This document shows positions 42,380 to 60,159 of a stretch of DNA of 64,000 bases, piece by piece. Origin of the DNA: Octopus vulgaris (Eukaryota); contig OX597828.1 of NCBI GenBank assembly GCA_951406725.2, forward strand, positions 21,204,001 to 21,268,000, in the 5' to 3' direction. How positions within the stretch are numbered: the first letter of the stretch is position 1; every line of letters begins with the position of its first letter. The translations under genes were made by a program, and so were the position numbers. The notes under the pieces were generated by a model that did no database searches, was not told the origin of the DNA, and saw only the letters and a list, made by a program, of their open reading frames with translations.

Positions 42380-42830
42380 GTAAGTGTTGTTTTTTCAAAA
42401 CCTGGTACATATTCTCCCGATCTCTTTTGTTGGACCGCTAAGTTACTGGGACGTAAACACACCAACACCAGTTGGCAAGGATGGAGGAGGACACACACAC
42501 ACACACACACACATACGACAGGCTTCTTTCAGTTTCCGTCTACCAAATCCACTCACAAGGCTTTGGTCACCCCGAGGCTATAGTAGAAGACGACAACAAC
42601 AACAGCACCAACAATTGCTTTAAATTTTACCAAAAAAGGGCAGAAATTTTGGGGGAGGGGATGGGTCGATTATATCGACCCCAGTGTTCAACTGGTACTT
42701 AGTTTATGGACCCCGAAAGGTTGAAGGGTAAAGCCGACCCTGGCGGAATTTGAACTCGAAACGTGAAGATGGACTAAATGCCGTTAAGCATTTCGCCCGG
42801 CGTGATAACGATTCTGCCAACTCACAGCCT
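42380..42830 (-). mobile_element. SINE family 1 fragment followed by a SINE family 2 tail-A monomer
   Basis: Homology to the other copies in the window. Confidence 0.8.
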
Positions 42831-42908
42831 TAATTAATAACCCCTCCTCCAAGCTGCCCTTGTAGCAAAAATTTGAAATCATCATCATCATCATCATCAT
42901 CAGCATCA

Positions 42909-42974
<66 letters not shown>

Positions 42975-42975
<1 letters not shown>

Positions 42976-43368
42976 GGTGGCGAGCTGGTTGAATCGTTAG
43001 CACGCCGGGCGAAATGCTTAGCGGTATTTCGTCTGCCGTTACGTTCTGAGTTCAAATCCCGCCGAGGTCGACTTTGCCTTTCATTCTTTCGGGGTCGATT
43101 AAATAAGTACCAGTTACGCACTGGGGTCGATATAATCGACTTAATCCGTTTGTCTGTCCTTGTTTGTCCTCTCTGTGTTTAGCCCCTTGTGGGTAGTAAA
43201 GAAATAAGTATTTCGTCTGCCGCTACGTTGTGAGTTCAAATTCCGCCGCGGTCGACTTTGCCTTTCATCCTTTCGGGGTTGATTAAATAAGTACCAGTTA
43301 CGCACTGGGGTCGATATAATCGACATAATCCGTTTGTCTGTCCTTGTTTGTCCTCTCTGTGTTTGTCC
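42975..43368 (+). mobile_element. SINE family 2 dimer of tail-B units (second tail interrupted)
   Basis: Junction aaagaaata|agtatttcg at 43206; preceded by (ATT)n. Confidence 0.9.
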
Positions 43369-43774
43369 TCTGCTCAATACCACAGATTTGCTTGTTAGTT
43401 GTTTGATCTTAACCAGTTGACCATGTCCCTTAGTGGCTGATAATATGTGCATCTCTGATCACGAGCAGAAGTAGTGGGGGAGCATCATAGCCATGTGTTA
43501 AGAGGGATTCTTTGGGGTTTGAATAATTCACCCCTGGAAACATGGGTGTTTCGTTCAACATCCTTAAACAACCCTTATTCAGGGGCCACACCTACAAGGT
43601 CATGTGCTGTTTATCTTGATATGAGATCACCATGTCGCGCACATATGGTTGTGATGCGTGTGCCTAGTGTACCCTTATCAGACGGGTAGTCATGATGGGT
43701 ATACTGGGATTTGTATATTTTACCCCAGTTTCAATTTGATGGCATGCACTGCTCTCTCACTCAATAATAATAAA

Positions 43775-44006
43775 ACTCTTTTACTCTTTTACTTGTTTCA
43801 GTCATTTGACTGCGGCCATGCTGGAGCACCGCCTTTAGTCGAGCAAATCGACCCCAGGACTTATTCTTTGTAAGCCTAGTACTTATTCTATCGGTCTCTT
43901 TTGCCGAACCGCTAAATTACGGGGATGTAAACACACCAGCATCGGTTGTCAAGCGATGTTGAGTGTACACAAACACACTAACATACATACACACAAACAT
44001 ATACAC

Positions 44007-44075
<69 letters not shown>

Positions 44076-44281
44076 CACTAGTCGCCATGATAGATCGTTA
44101 GCCACTACACACATTTTTTACTCTCCTTGTTTCTCTCCTTGTTTTTTCTGTGTACCTTTCTGTAGAAGAGCGTAGGCTCGAAACGTGAAATACTTTTTCT
44201 ATTCCTGAGTGTTATACTAAGACATCTGTTTGTTTTGTACACCACCTGTCTTCGGCTTTTATTTTTTTTCGTAAACTTTCC

Positions 44282-44327
<46 letters not shown>

Positions 44328-44470
44328 GACGGGTTTCTTTCAGTTTCCGTCTTCCAAATACACTCACAAGGCTTTGATCGGCCCGAGGGCTATAGTAGAA
44401 GACACTTACCCAAGGTTCCACGTAACCCGGAACCATGTGGTTGGTAAGCAAGCTACTTACCACACAGCCA
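43775..44470 (-). mobile_element. SINE family 1 copy with a hammerhead-bearing Penelope-like repeat (44075-44285, +) nested in its central (TA)n
   Basis: 3' half at 43775-43980 and 5' half at 44325-44470 flank the insert. Confidence 0.8.
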
Positions 44471-44660
44471 CGTTCAACTGGTACTTATTTTATCGACCTC
44501 AACAAGATGAAAAGCAGACTGTAACACAAGGTTACACGTTGTAAACTTTGGCTAGTAGGAGTGTTATCGATCCCGAAAGGATAAAAACGTTAAACAACTC
44601 ATTATCAACAGGGCCTGAAGCATTGGAGTCAAAACGTCACGAAGGGAGGTAACTCAATAC

Positions 44661-44739
44661 AACAACTTGTCTACCGCTCTTCTGATTCTCGGGCAACAAT
44701 CGTAAGTTATATTAAACAGAACACGATAAGGACTTAACA
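44661..44739 (-). CDS. Candidate internal exon (LSPYRVLFNITYDCCPRIRRAVDKL)
   Basis: Strong acceptor ttttttctcttaacctcag|, weak donor tt|gtattg; phase 1/2 fits the exons at 53803 and 39262. Confidence 0.35.
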
Positions 44740-44891
44740 CTGAGGTTAAGAGAAAAAAAAAAACAAATGCCCAGAGCACTTCGAAAGATGTGTTGTTATT
44801 GTTGTTGTTTCCGTCATCTGAGACGCGTTGGTGATTGTGAAAAATATTTAAATAACTTTCAATAGTAAATCTTTTGTCATTATTGAATACA

Positions 44892-44927
<36 letters not shown>

Positions 44928-45106
44928 TATGATGATATATATGTATGTGTGTAGATATATACATACATGAATACATATGCATATATATATGTATATACAT
45001 GTGTTTATATTTATATATATATATATGTGTGTGTGTATATATGTATATATATAGCTCTCTCTTATATATATTTATATATATATGTATGTATGTATGTATA
45101 TATGTA

Positions 45107-45142
<36 letters not shown>

Positions 45143-45238
45143 CGTGTGTGTGTATGTATATGTATTCAAATGTTTTTTATACCATCAACACATCTCAAAC
45201 GACGAAGACAAGTATTAACATGACACACGAGCGCGCGT

Positions 45239-45306
<68 letters not shown>

Positions 45307-45499
45307 ACACACTCCGAAAAATAATAATATCAAGTGACATATAGTTATGTGTGTCTGCGTTTGTTTGTGGGTGGGTTATATATACAGGGTATACATACAG
45401 GGTATACGTATATACATCTTCATGTCCACACATACAAACAAATATCTATATCTTTATGTATGTATGTAAGTATCTATCTATCTATCAATCTATCTTTCT

Positions 45500-45900
45500 A
45501 ATTTTTTAAATTTTATTGCCGACAAGGGGCTAAACAAAGACAGACAAAGGGATTAAGTCGATTATATCGACTCCAGTGCGTAACTGGTACTTAATTTATC
45601 GACCCCGAAAGGATGAAAGGCAAAGTCGACATCGGCAGAATTCGAACTCAGAACTCAAACGAAATACCTATTTCTTTACTACCCACAAGGGGCTAAACAC
45701 AGAGAGGACAAACAAGGACAGACAAACGGATTAAGTCGATTATATCGACCCCAGTACGTAACTGGTACTTAATTTATCGACCCCGAAAGGATGAAAGGCA
45801 AAGTCGACCTTGGCGGAATTTGAACTCAGAACGTAGCGTCAGACGAAATACTGCTAAGCATTTCGCCCGGCGTGTTAACGTTTCTGCCAGCTCACCGCCT
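45500..45900 (-). mobile_element. SINE family 2 dimer of tail-B units
   Basis: Junction near 45668. Confidence 0.88.
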
Positions 45901-45944
<44 letters not shown>

Positions 45945-46285
45945 CCTATCTATCTATCTATCTATCTATCTACACACGCACACGTAGACAAATAAACACA
46001 CAGATACTTAAACAAACAGTAAAATAACTCCTTCCACTAAACTGTAAAGGATTCTTTCGTTTGAGATATCCAAATGTGTCACGAAAGGACATGCTGTATA
46101 TCTCGTATTTCACTACAGATTTTAATCTGTTGTATAAATTGGATCTACCACTGTCAGTTTGTGATTGACGTCAGATGTGGAAGGGGTCACCAATATCTAC
46201 TCTTAGACTTATTAATCTTGACCCTAATCAGATCCAATGGCAAAGTAGATTGGTGAATATGAGAATCATATATCAGTCTGTCTGT

Positions 46286-46427
<142 letters not shown>

Positions 46428-46609
46428 TTTTTTCTTTTTTGTAACATTTTCTGTGATACACGATCCCTTTCGATCGGCGCTTTTTTTTCTTTTCACGGTC
46501 CCTTTTGGTTGAAATTTTATTTTTCTCCTTTTTCTTTCTTCAGAAGAAAAAACTCTACATTGTATTTTGTCTCCTCTGTGTTCAGCCCTATGTGGCTAAT
46601 AAAGAAACA
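46428..46609 (+). mobile_element. Tx1-like family B extreme 3' fragment inside (TATC)n
   Basis: ctgtgatacacgatccc..gtggctaataaagaaaca|tatctatc. Confidence 0.85.
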
Positions 46610-46623
46610 TATCTATCTATCTG

Positions 46624-46710
<87 letters not shown>

Positions 46711-46785
46711 GTCTATCTGTCTGTCTGTCCGTCCGTCCGTCTGTTTGTCTGTCTGTCTGTGTATGTATGTTTGTAGGCTTGCATG

Positions 46786-46819
<34 letters not shown>

Positions 46820-46878
46820 TGTATGTATGTATGTACGTATGTATGTATGTATGTATATGTATGTATGTAAGTATGTAT

Positions 46879-46912
<34 letters not shown>

Positions 46913-47464
46913 TGTATGTATGTATGTATGTACGTACGTATGTATGTATGTATGTATATGTATGTATGTATGTAAGTATGTATTATGTATGTATGTATGT
47001 ATGTATGTATGTATGTATGTACGGATCTATCTGTCTGTTTGTCTGTCAATCTATGTCTTTCCCTCCCTCTACTCTCTCTCCCTCCTCTCTCTCCCTCTCC
47101 CCCCTATCTATCAACCGTCCCAGTCACCTCTTTCCTTATCATTTCGGATCTGTACAACGTCTTGTTTGATAATTATAACATTTTAACTTTAATCTCTACC
47201 ATTTGTTTGATTAATTGATTAATTAACAAACCAGGAAAAAAAAACAAACAAAACAAAACAAAACAAAACTAAAAAAACTAAAAAAAAAGTAACCGTAACA
47301 GAAACAGCAAAGACTAAAATAAAACAAAAAGCAAAAACCATTTGTATTAAGCATTTTGGTCACATGACTCTTTTAATATTTTTGCTCGGATTTAAAAAGC
47401 AATTCTAACAGCAACAACGGCTTTTAGACTTACGATTGTTATTGTTAAACTTATCGATAGAGAC

Positions 47465-47573
47465 GCCACCGTCACCACGACGACGACGACGACCACCACC
47501 ACCACCACCACTACCACCTCTACCAACATTATCGTCATCGTCATCATCGTAATCACCGTCTTCTTCTTCTTCT

Positions 47574-47608
<35 letters not shown>

Positions 47609-48078
47609 TTCTATTCCTTTTTCTTCTTCTTCTTCTTCTTCTTCTTCTTCTTCTATTCCTTTTTCTTCTTCTTCTTCTTCTATTCCTTTTCTTCTTCTTC
47701 TTCTTCTTCTTCTTCTTCTTCGTCTTCTTTTTCTTCTTTTTCTTTATCATTTTTCATTCATCATCATCATCATCATCATTGTCGCCGTCATCGTCGTTGT
47801 CGTCGTTGTCGCCGTCGTCCTCTTCCATCTCCATCTCATCCTCCTCCACCTCCTTCTTCTCCTCCTCCTCCTCCTCCTCCTCCTCCTCTTTCTTCTTCTC
47901 ATTCTTCTCCTTCTGCTTCTCCCCCCCCTCCTCCTCCTCCTCCTCCTCATATTCTTTATGATGATGCCGATCCTGATTATCGAAAGAAATCAACCACCAG
48001 ATCACCACCACCACTGGCTCCGCCACCGTCACCACCACCACCACTGGCTCCGCCACCGTCACCATCACCACCACCACT
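47465..48078. repeat. Compound (CAC)/(CTT)/(CAT)/(CCT) trinucleotide field
   Basis: Direct reading. Confidence 0.92.
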
Positions 48079-48310
48079 TAATTTATTTAACAACAGATTT
48101 AATTGTCATTTAACGCCATATCCGATCTTAAAAAAAGAAAAAAAAAAGCAGAACAAAACAAAACAAAACAAAACAAACAAAAACGCAAACCATTCTTTCC
48201 GTTTTCCTCTCCAGGATTTGTCATCCTCAAATGTTTCTGATTAGAGTTCAATCGATTAAATGGCGTTCGTTTAAAACCGATCAGGATTCACCAACATCTG
48301 GGTAGATGAT

Positions 48311-48766
48311 TGGAATTAGTTTCTTTTCAGAGGGGGTGGGCAGGTGGGGGCACGCTTTCCTGTATTTTGTTTTCTATTATTTTAGTTAGTTCCCATTACG
48401 CGGCACCATGGTTGAAACTATGTGGTTCCAGGTTCAATTTCACTGTGTGGTGGCACCTTGGAATTAGTTTCTTCTCAGAGGGGGTGGGCAGGTGGGGGCA
48501 CGCTTTCCTGTTTTTTGTTTTCTATTATTTTAGTTAGTTCCCATTACGCGGCACCATGGTTGAAACTATGTGGTTCCAGGTTCAATTTCACTGTGTGGTG
48601 GCACCTTGGAATTAGTTTCTTCTCAGAGGGGGTGGGCAGGTGGGGGCACGCTTTCCTGTTTTTTGTTTTCTATTATTTTAGTTAGTTCCCATTACGCGGC
48701 ACCATGGGCGCGTTGGTTGAGACCATGTGGTTCGAGGTTCAATCTCACTGTGTGGTGGCACCTTGG
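48311..48766. repeat. 148-bp tandem repeat, ~3 copies
   Basis: tggaattagttt recurs at 48311, 48459 and 48607. Confidence 0.92.
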
Positions 48767-48989
48767 GTAAGCTCTTTTTTTTTCTACAAGTGTCTCCTTC
48801 CTCTCTAAAAGCGGTTGGGTGAAATTTGAAGGAGATTTAACAGCTATTTCTAGCATTGTGTTTTTCCTGATTTCTTTGCTATTTTCTTCCTAGCTAACCT
48901 ATCTTATTGTTTGCTTCACGTTGTAATTCTTGTCGTTCTTGTTGTCTAATTTCCTGATTTTTTTTATTCCGATACAGATCCCCACTTTA

Positions 48990-49190
48990 AGGCGACGAGC
49001 TGGTAGAAACGGAATGCTTAGCGGTATTTCGCCCGTCGTTATGTTCTGAGTTCAAATTCGCCGAGCTCGACTTTGCTTTTCATCCTTTCGGGGTCGATAA
49101 ATTAAGTACCAGTTGCGTACTGGGGTCGATATAATCGACTGGCCCCTCCCCACAAAATTCTGGGCCTTATGCCTATAGTAGAAAAGAATA
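48990..49190 (+). mobile_element. SINE family 2 tail-A monomer
   Basis: Tail ggcccctccccacaaaattctgggccttatgcctatagtagaaaag. Confidence 0.85.
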
Positions 49191-49314
49191 CAGATCACCA
49201 CTAGCTATTTTCGGATTCAGGATTTTCATTCGTAATTTTAATTGAGATTGTTAAGATTATGGAGTGTTAAAGAAAATAAATTTCTTATTGTATACTGTAA
49301 CGCATATATATATA

Positions 49315-49610
49315 TAGCTCAGTGGTTAGGGCAGCGGACTTGCGATTGTAGGATCGCGGTTTCGATTCCCAGACCGGGTGTTGTGAGTGTTTATTGAGCG
49401 AAAACACCTAAAGCTCCACGAGGCTCTAGCAGGGGGTGGTGGTGATCTCTGCTGTACTCTTTCGCCACAACTTTTTCTCACTCTTTCTTCTTTTGGCCTG
49501 CTCGCTTAGCCAGCGGGGTGGCGTCATTTGAAGGCTAAAACAATGCGAAGCGCATTGTGACCAGCGATGTAAAGCAACATCTGATAGCCAGGTCGGTCAC
49601 GGTAATCACG

Positions 49611-49615
<5 letters not shown>
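49315..49615 (+). mobile_element. SINE family 4 variant with (cacggtgat)n tail
   Basis: A/B boxes; its 3' part recurs at 60465-60590 (-). Confidence 0.8.
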
Positions 49616-49676
<61 letters not shown>

Positions 49677-49966
49677 CAGCCGAAATTGCGAGGATGATCC
49701 GGTTTATAGATTAAAGGCTTCGAATGACCCGTCCGTGTTTTTTGTATCGTCTATCTGAATGTTTTGCGTTCTTGTCCCATTTTTTATTTTTATATATATA
49801 AAGGCTGCAGACTAGTTTATATATATATATACTAGTCTGCAGCCTTGCCTGAGGACACGTAGGGATACCATTGTGACATTCGGTGTGTATTGGTCTATTT
49901 TAGGCTTTCTGTGGTTCATCTCCTTCTAGGTATGATACGATTTATTCCAGAAAGAGAGAAAGAGAA

Positions 49967-49997
<31 letters not shown>

Positions 49998-50262
49998 AGA
50001 GAGAGAAGGAAAGAGAGAAAAGAAGACTACAGTAACCCGGGTTTATAGCCCTTGTGTTTGCGGTGCTGACTTATTATTGATCACGGTGGCTTTTGAAGGT
50101 CCTTAAGTGTAGGTCCTTAAGTGTTTTGTACGTCCTTAAGTATAGGTTTACAGGTGAGGGTGTTTGAAGTTTGAAGTACTTCGAGAGAGAAAGATGGACG
50201 GAGAGAGAGGGAGAGAGAGGGAGAGAGAGAAAGAGGGAAGGAGGGAGAGAGATAGAGATTAG

Positions 50263-50293
<31 letters not shown>

Positions 50294-50680
50294 AAGAGAG
50301 AGAAAGACAGACAGAGAGAAAGAGAGAGAGAGAGAGAGACAGACAGAGACAGATAGATAGATATATATTTCTGGTGCAGAGATATTGTTGTTCATAACGG
50401 TTTTGTAAGTTTTTATGGTCTGTTTTCTCTGATGGGCTGAGTGTGTTGTGTATCGTTTTGAGTTGGCTGTGAAGGCGTGGCGTTTGGAGCTTTTGAAACA
50501 AGAATTTCAGCAAAACGAAAAAGGTTTTATTGAATACTGTAAGGTTTACATACTAATGTATATACTTGGCTTAGGGTCTTCACTGTAAATGGGGTGGGAA
50601 GGGCACCATCGTGTCTTGGACACTTTTAGACTTGGCCTAGGCTATCTCCCTCATCAGGTCTGACCTTTTTTAGAGAGTGT

Positions 50681-50736
<56 letters not shown>

Positions 50737-51759
50737 GAGAATGTGTGCGAGTAAGTGTCACAGAGAGAAAGGGGCACACACACACACACGCGTACACACA
50801 CACACACACACACAGGCACACACGCACACAGAAGCACACACGCACAAACACGCACGCACACTTACACACATACAGAAAGACAGAAAAAGAAATATCGACA
50901 CCAGTACATGACTGGTATTTTATTTATCGTTAGTGCACGATAAAAAATAAATGTTGGCTTCAGCTGTGTTCGAACTCACAGCGCAGAGAGCAAGAAGAAA
51001 CGCGCACGCACACTTACACACATGCAGAAAGACAGCAAAAGAAATACCGACACCAGTACATGACTGGTATTTTATTTATCGTCAGCGTAACGATAAAAAA
51101 TAAATGTTGACTTCAGGTGTATTCGAACTTACTGCACACAGAGCGAGACAAACACACACACACAGGCATGCGCGCGCACACCCATCCGGGAAAAACAAAA
51201 ACAAAAAGAACTTTCTGTTGTTTTAATAGTTCTGCCATTTCTAACTATTATACCTTTAGATGTCGTAAATTACTTTTAGATTAAATATATTTAGTATTCT
51301 CACTAGTTTCATACTTGTATTTCGACAAAATCACTTAGTTTATACTAAATTAAAATTAAAACAAAAAAAAAAAAAAAAAAGGATTTTTAAACCATTTTCA
51401 GTTTATAAATGAAAACTAATTATATTTAATGGTTATTAGCACGATTAAGTCTTTGATGTAATTATTTTTTTTTGTCTTAAGTTGTTCCATATAACATGTT
51501 TTTGCTTTATTTTGTTCCTTTTTGTCTTGTATTATGGATAAAATTGAGTTAATATATTGAATAAAATAAGGATCTAATTTTCTAAATCAACTAATTTGTA
51601 GTTTTTATTCATCGTCCGCCATAGTTGATTATCATGATGGAATAGTTCAAAAGGGAAAAAAAAATCCTTTCTACCAAATGCACAAGGCCTGGAATTTTGG
51701 GGGGAGGGGCTAGTCGATTACATCGACCACAGTGTTTAACTGGTACATATTATATTGAC

Positions 51760-51987
51760 GGCGAGCTGGCAGAATCGTTAGCACGTCGGGCGAAATGCTT
51801 AGCGTTATTTCGGCTGCCGTTACGTTGTGAGTTCAAATTCCGCCGAGGTCGACTTTGCCTTTCATCCTTTCGGGGTCGATAAATTAAGTACCAGTTACGC
51901 ACTGGGGTCGATGTAATCGACTTAATACCTATGTCTGTCCTTGTTTGTTCCCTCTGTGTTTAGCCCCTTGTGGGTAATAAAGAAATA
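51760..51987 (+). mobile_element. Full-length SINE family 2 tail-B monomer with 18-bp TSD, inserted antisense into an old tail-A copy (51665-52120, -)
   Basis: ggtacatattatattgac at 51742-51759 and 51988-52005. Confidence 0.93.
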
Positions 51988-52129
51988 GGTACATATTATA
52001 TTGACCCCTAAAAGATAAAAGGTGAAGATGACTTCAGTGGAATTTGAAACTAGAGAGCAGGAAGACACGCCGATAAGTATTATCTCCGACGTGCTAAAGG
52101 GTTCCATAAGTTCGCCACCGTGGTAAAAA

Positions 52130-52710
52130 AACCTTTCTACTGGAAGCACAAGGGCTCAAATTTGGAGGAAGGGTATTAAGTCGATTACATCAACCCCAGT
52201 ACGTAGCTGGTACTTATTTAGTCGACCCCGAAAGGATGAAAGGCAAAGTCGACCGTGACATAATTTGAACTCAGAACGTAAAGACGGACGAAATACCTAT
52301 TTCTTTACTACCTACAAGGGGCTAAACACAGAGGGAACAAACAAGGACAAAGGGATTAAGTCGATTACATCGACCCCAGTGCTTAAATTGAAATTTAATT
52401 TATCGAACCCGAAAGGATGAAAGGCAAAGTCGACCTTGGCGGAATTTGAACTCAGAACGTAGCTGCAGACGAAATACCTATTTCTTTACTACCCACAAGG
52501 GGCTAAACACAGAGGGGACAAACAAAGACAGACAAACGGATTAAGTCGATTATATCGACCCCAGTGCGTAACTGGTACTTATTAAATCGACCCCGAAAGG
52601 ATGAAAGGCAAAGTCGACCTCAGCGGAATTTGAACTCAGAACGCAACGGCGGACGAAATACCACGAAGCATTTCGCCCGGCGTGCTAACGATCCTGTCAG
52701 CTCGCTGCTT
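52130..52710 (-). mobile_element. SINE family 2 array: 2 tail-B units + tail-A unit
   Basis: Junctions near 52298 and 52478. Confidence 0.9.
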
Positions 52711-53001
52711 TTCGTCACCTTAGTAATAATGCTTATCATCAGTGACGCATTACTCCGTCGCCGAGGGTTAAAGAACTTAACTCAACCTGTCAGTATTGTA
52801 GACAACACCACAGGAAACATTGACTGATTCCGAAAATATGTATTATATTTTAGGCAAAAAATAATAACTAATTAAAAAGGAAAAATAAAACAGCTTACAA
52901 AGATTAAGTCCTGGGGTTGATTTCTTCGACTAAAATGCGGTGCTCCAGCCTGGCCGCAGTTAAATGGCTGAAACAAGTAAAAGAATAAAAGAATATACAT
53001 A

Positions 53002-53045
<44 letters not shown>

Positions 53046-53204
53046 TATATATGCCATATATAAATATATTTATATTAGGTATACATAAAAAATATGTTGG
53101 TGTATGCGTGTGTGTGTGTGTGTGTATATCACTACAACAACTGGAGATTGTTTTTTGCTGAAGAATGGACAAAAATTCCTTTAGAAACAATTCAAACTTT
53201 GTAC

Positions 53205-53366
53205 GAGTAGGAGTGACTGTGTGGTAAGTAGCTTGCTTACGAACAACCTAGTTCCGGGTTCAGTCGCTCTGCATGGCACCTTGGGCAAGTGTCTTCTACT
53301 ATAGCCTGGGGCCGACCAAAGCCTTGTGAGTGGATTTGGTAGACGGAAACTGAATGAAGCCTGTCG

Positions 53367-53404
<38 letters not shown>

Positions 53405-53628
53405 CGTGCATATGTTTGTGTGTCTGTGTTTGTCCCCCCCCCCAACATCGCTTGACAACTGATGCTGGTGTGTTTACGTCTCCGTAACTTAGCGGTTCGG
53501 CAATAAGGGCCCGTTAGAATAAGTACTAGGCTTGCAAAGAATAAGTCCTGAGGTCGATTTGCTCGACTAAAGGCGGTGCTCCAGCACGGCCACAGTCAAA
53601 TGACTGAAACGAGTAAAAGAGTAAAATA
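53205..53628 (+). mobile_element. SINE family 1, full length
   Basis: Colinear with 12721-13130. Confidence 0.9.
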
Positions 53629-53631
53629 GTC

Positions 53632-53742
53632 AATACCTCATAGAATTCAAGCTGTAATTACTGCCAAAGGCGGTCCTAACCCATATTAAAATAAATTTGT
53701 TTGAAATTTTAAGGTCCTTCCATTATTTTTCCCAACCGCTAT
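53632..53742 (+). mobile_element. Tc1 transposase C-terminus and right end
   Basis: IPHRIQAVITAKGGP matches the Tc1 C-terminal motif (MPxRxxAVIxAKGG). Confidence 0.7.
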
Positions 53743-53802
53743 ATATATATATATGTATGTATATATACATATATGTCTCTGTATGTATGCATTTATGATT
53801 AC

Positions 53803-53890
53803 CTGGACGACTGTTAAACTGCAAAGCAGCGGAGAACATCAACAAATGGTTTATCCTTTTAGATATATACTCGGTATTGTGCATTGAGTT
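53803..53890 (-). CDS. Candidate exon (NSMHNTEYISKRINHLLMFSAALQFNSRP)
   Basis: Open across the whole unique island; donor ccag|gtaatc in phase 1; acceptor weak. Confidence 0.3.
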
Positions 53891-54339
53891 CTATATGTAC
53901 ATTATACATATAAGTACATATGTATGTTTGAACACAGACACACAAAGACAGACACACTCACATACACATACAAATATGTGTGTACTTGTCTTTGAATGTT
54001 CACGTATGAATATATATGTGTGTATATGTATATATGTGTATGTGTGTCTCACTGTCCACTTCTTCCAACCCAATAATTAGTAAATATACATGGCACAAAA
54101 ATGCAATCGGGCTGCAACAATATAGACGTAGAGTAAAACGTATTTGTATATCTATATCATTGCCATGGGCACTCAGAGCTAACGAGAAGCCGCACATGTC
54201 AGATGGCCGTGTATTTGTATGTATGTATGTATGTATGTATGTATGTATGTATGTATGTATGTATGTATGTATGTATGTATGTATGTATGTATGTATGTGT
54301 ATGTGAATGTGCATGTATATATATATATATATGCATGTT

Positions 54340-54384
<45 letters not shown>

Positions 54385-54895
54385 ATATATATATAGATAG
54401 ATACATACATATATTTATACATATTTACGAAAGTGCGTACTTATATACACACACAGACATATATATATATATACGCATATAATGTATATACATGTATATA
54501 ATGTATGAACATATATACATATATTTACACATATGTACATGCAAATGCATATATATGTATACCAATACAGATACATACATATATATATATACATGTATAT
54601 ACATATGTAAGTGTATATATATGTATATATATGTATGTATATATATATATTCATATAATTGCCCAGACTACGAAGATAAAGAGAAAATGCACTTAAACTT
54701 GTGTGATAGTATATATGTTGGGCTTACATGTATATATATAAAACTAAAAGTATAGCTATGCACATACTTATACGTAAATAATATATATGTATATACATAT
54801 ATAAATATATGTATGCATATATAACTACGTACATACATATACACATACATATATATATATATACACATATTGCACATACATAACATGAACTGAAA

Positions 54896-54944
<49 letters not shown>

Positions 54945-54979
54945 TTATACACTACTCTTATATCTGGCTTTCTCTATTA

Positions 54980-55005
54980 GCTTGCGCCATGTTTGAGCGG
55001 AAGCA
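54980..55005 (-). promoter_or_regulatory. Possible promoter (ETS + YY1)
   Basis: Minus strand cttccgctcaaacatggcg. Confidence 0.3.
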
Positions 55006-55305
55006 AATGTATTCGCCAACGAATTTATTTTACCAAATTACGAGGAACAACATCGTTCAAATCTGTGTATACAGACATAAACACACCGCACTTGTCAGAT
55101 GTATAATAGAGAATCCAGAACGTTGATAGATAGATTGTTAGATTCGTTTTAGCATACAGAGATAGATACAAACATGCTGACGGAAACATACACGCACAAA
55201 CACACTCACACACGAGGACAGACTTAGAAGCTTAGTTATGCGTAGACATTTATAGGTATGCATGTGTATACATGTATTTGCATATATATATATATACACA
55301 CACGC

Positions 55306-55369
<64 letters not shown>

Positions 55370-55402
55370 GTATATGTATATATATATGTATATATATATA
55401 TA

Positions 55403-59250
<3,848 letters not shown>

Positions 59251-59808
59251 ATACACACACACAAATACACATATAGGACTGATTAGAAATGTCTTATTTG
59301 GATGAATATGTAATGCAGCTGAACCAACTTGTACAGTAGAAACACGTGTCGGATTGAAATTTAATGCGAACCTAATAATAATAATACTGTAATACACAAA
59401 TCTTAAAGATGTATAACTCTCAATTCTTCTTTATGAAGTCTTGATTATAAACGTTGTATGCTGTGCGATATGAAAGCCAATGAAGCGAACTCATGTTTAT
59501 ATTAACAAACATAGATGCATGAATATATCTATATATTTGAAGACTATATTATAAACAGTGATTTATAATGCCACAACGATGCAGATTGGAATGCATTAGA
59601 TACAAATAAACAAAGATTAAACTGTTACGTTAAAACATTTAATATTTTGACCGGAATCGGCCCTAGTCATATATTGAGGATGATGGGAAATATGTCTTAA
59701 TTTCTTCAGAGAAAAGAATATCAGTATGGCAAGGTAAAAACAGTATATGTTCAGAATATGCTTTTCTACCTCTCTATCCCTTTCATTCTCTTTCTCTCTC
59801 GCTACACG

Positions 59809-59862
<54 letters not shown>

Positions 59863-59912
59863 TATATGCATGCATACATACATACATACATACATACATA
59901 CATACATACATA

Positions 59913-60128
59913 CGAGGGGGTGCTGAACTGTTCCTGGCTTTCAGGGTATCGCGAAAGGCCTGGCTGAGACACAACATCGCGAGTTCTTTTACAGGGCTTA
60001 GAAAAACTGAAGGACAGCAGCAATATTTGTGTGAATCTGAGAGGGGAATATGTAGAATCAAATCATGATTACCTGATCCTCGTGTAATTTCTTTTACCCA
60101 AAGCCAGGAGCTTTTCAACACAACTTCG
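59913..60128. mobile_element. Mariner-type MITE
   Basis: TA-cgagggggtgctgaactgttcctggcttt ... aaagccaggagcttttcaacacaacttcg-TA. Confidence 0.8.

Positions 60129-60159
<31 letters not shown>

Noticed and set aside
43370-43775. Unclassified segment interrupting a SINE tail
   Set aside because: Probably an interspersed repeat, but no termini, ORF or second copy in the window to support a call.
47428-47760. Acidic/Gly-rich minus-strand exon ending at a gtaagt donor
   Set aside because: The frame is broken near 47685 and the sequence is simple repeat. It would need reconsidering only if that is a homopolymer error.
54053-54210. Additional minus-strand exon for the candidate gene
   Set aside because: The donor in its open frame is phase 1 and does not fit the phase 0 acceptor at 53890.
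55262-55402. N-terminus of the 925-aa ORF
   Set aside because: [12 protein letters not shown].. is (TA)n read-through; the LINE sequence starts at ~55403.
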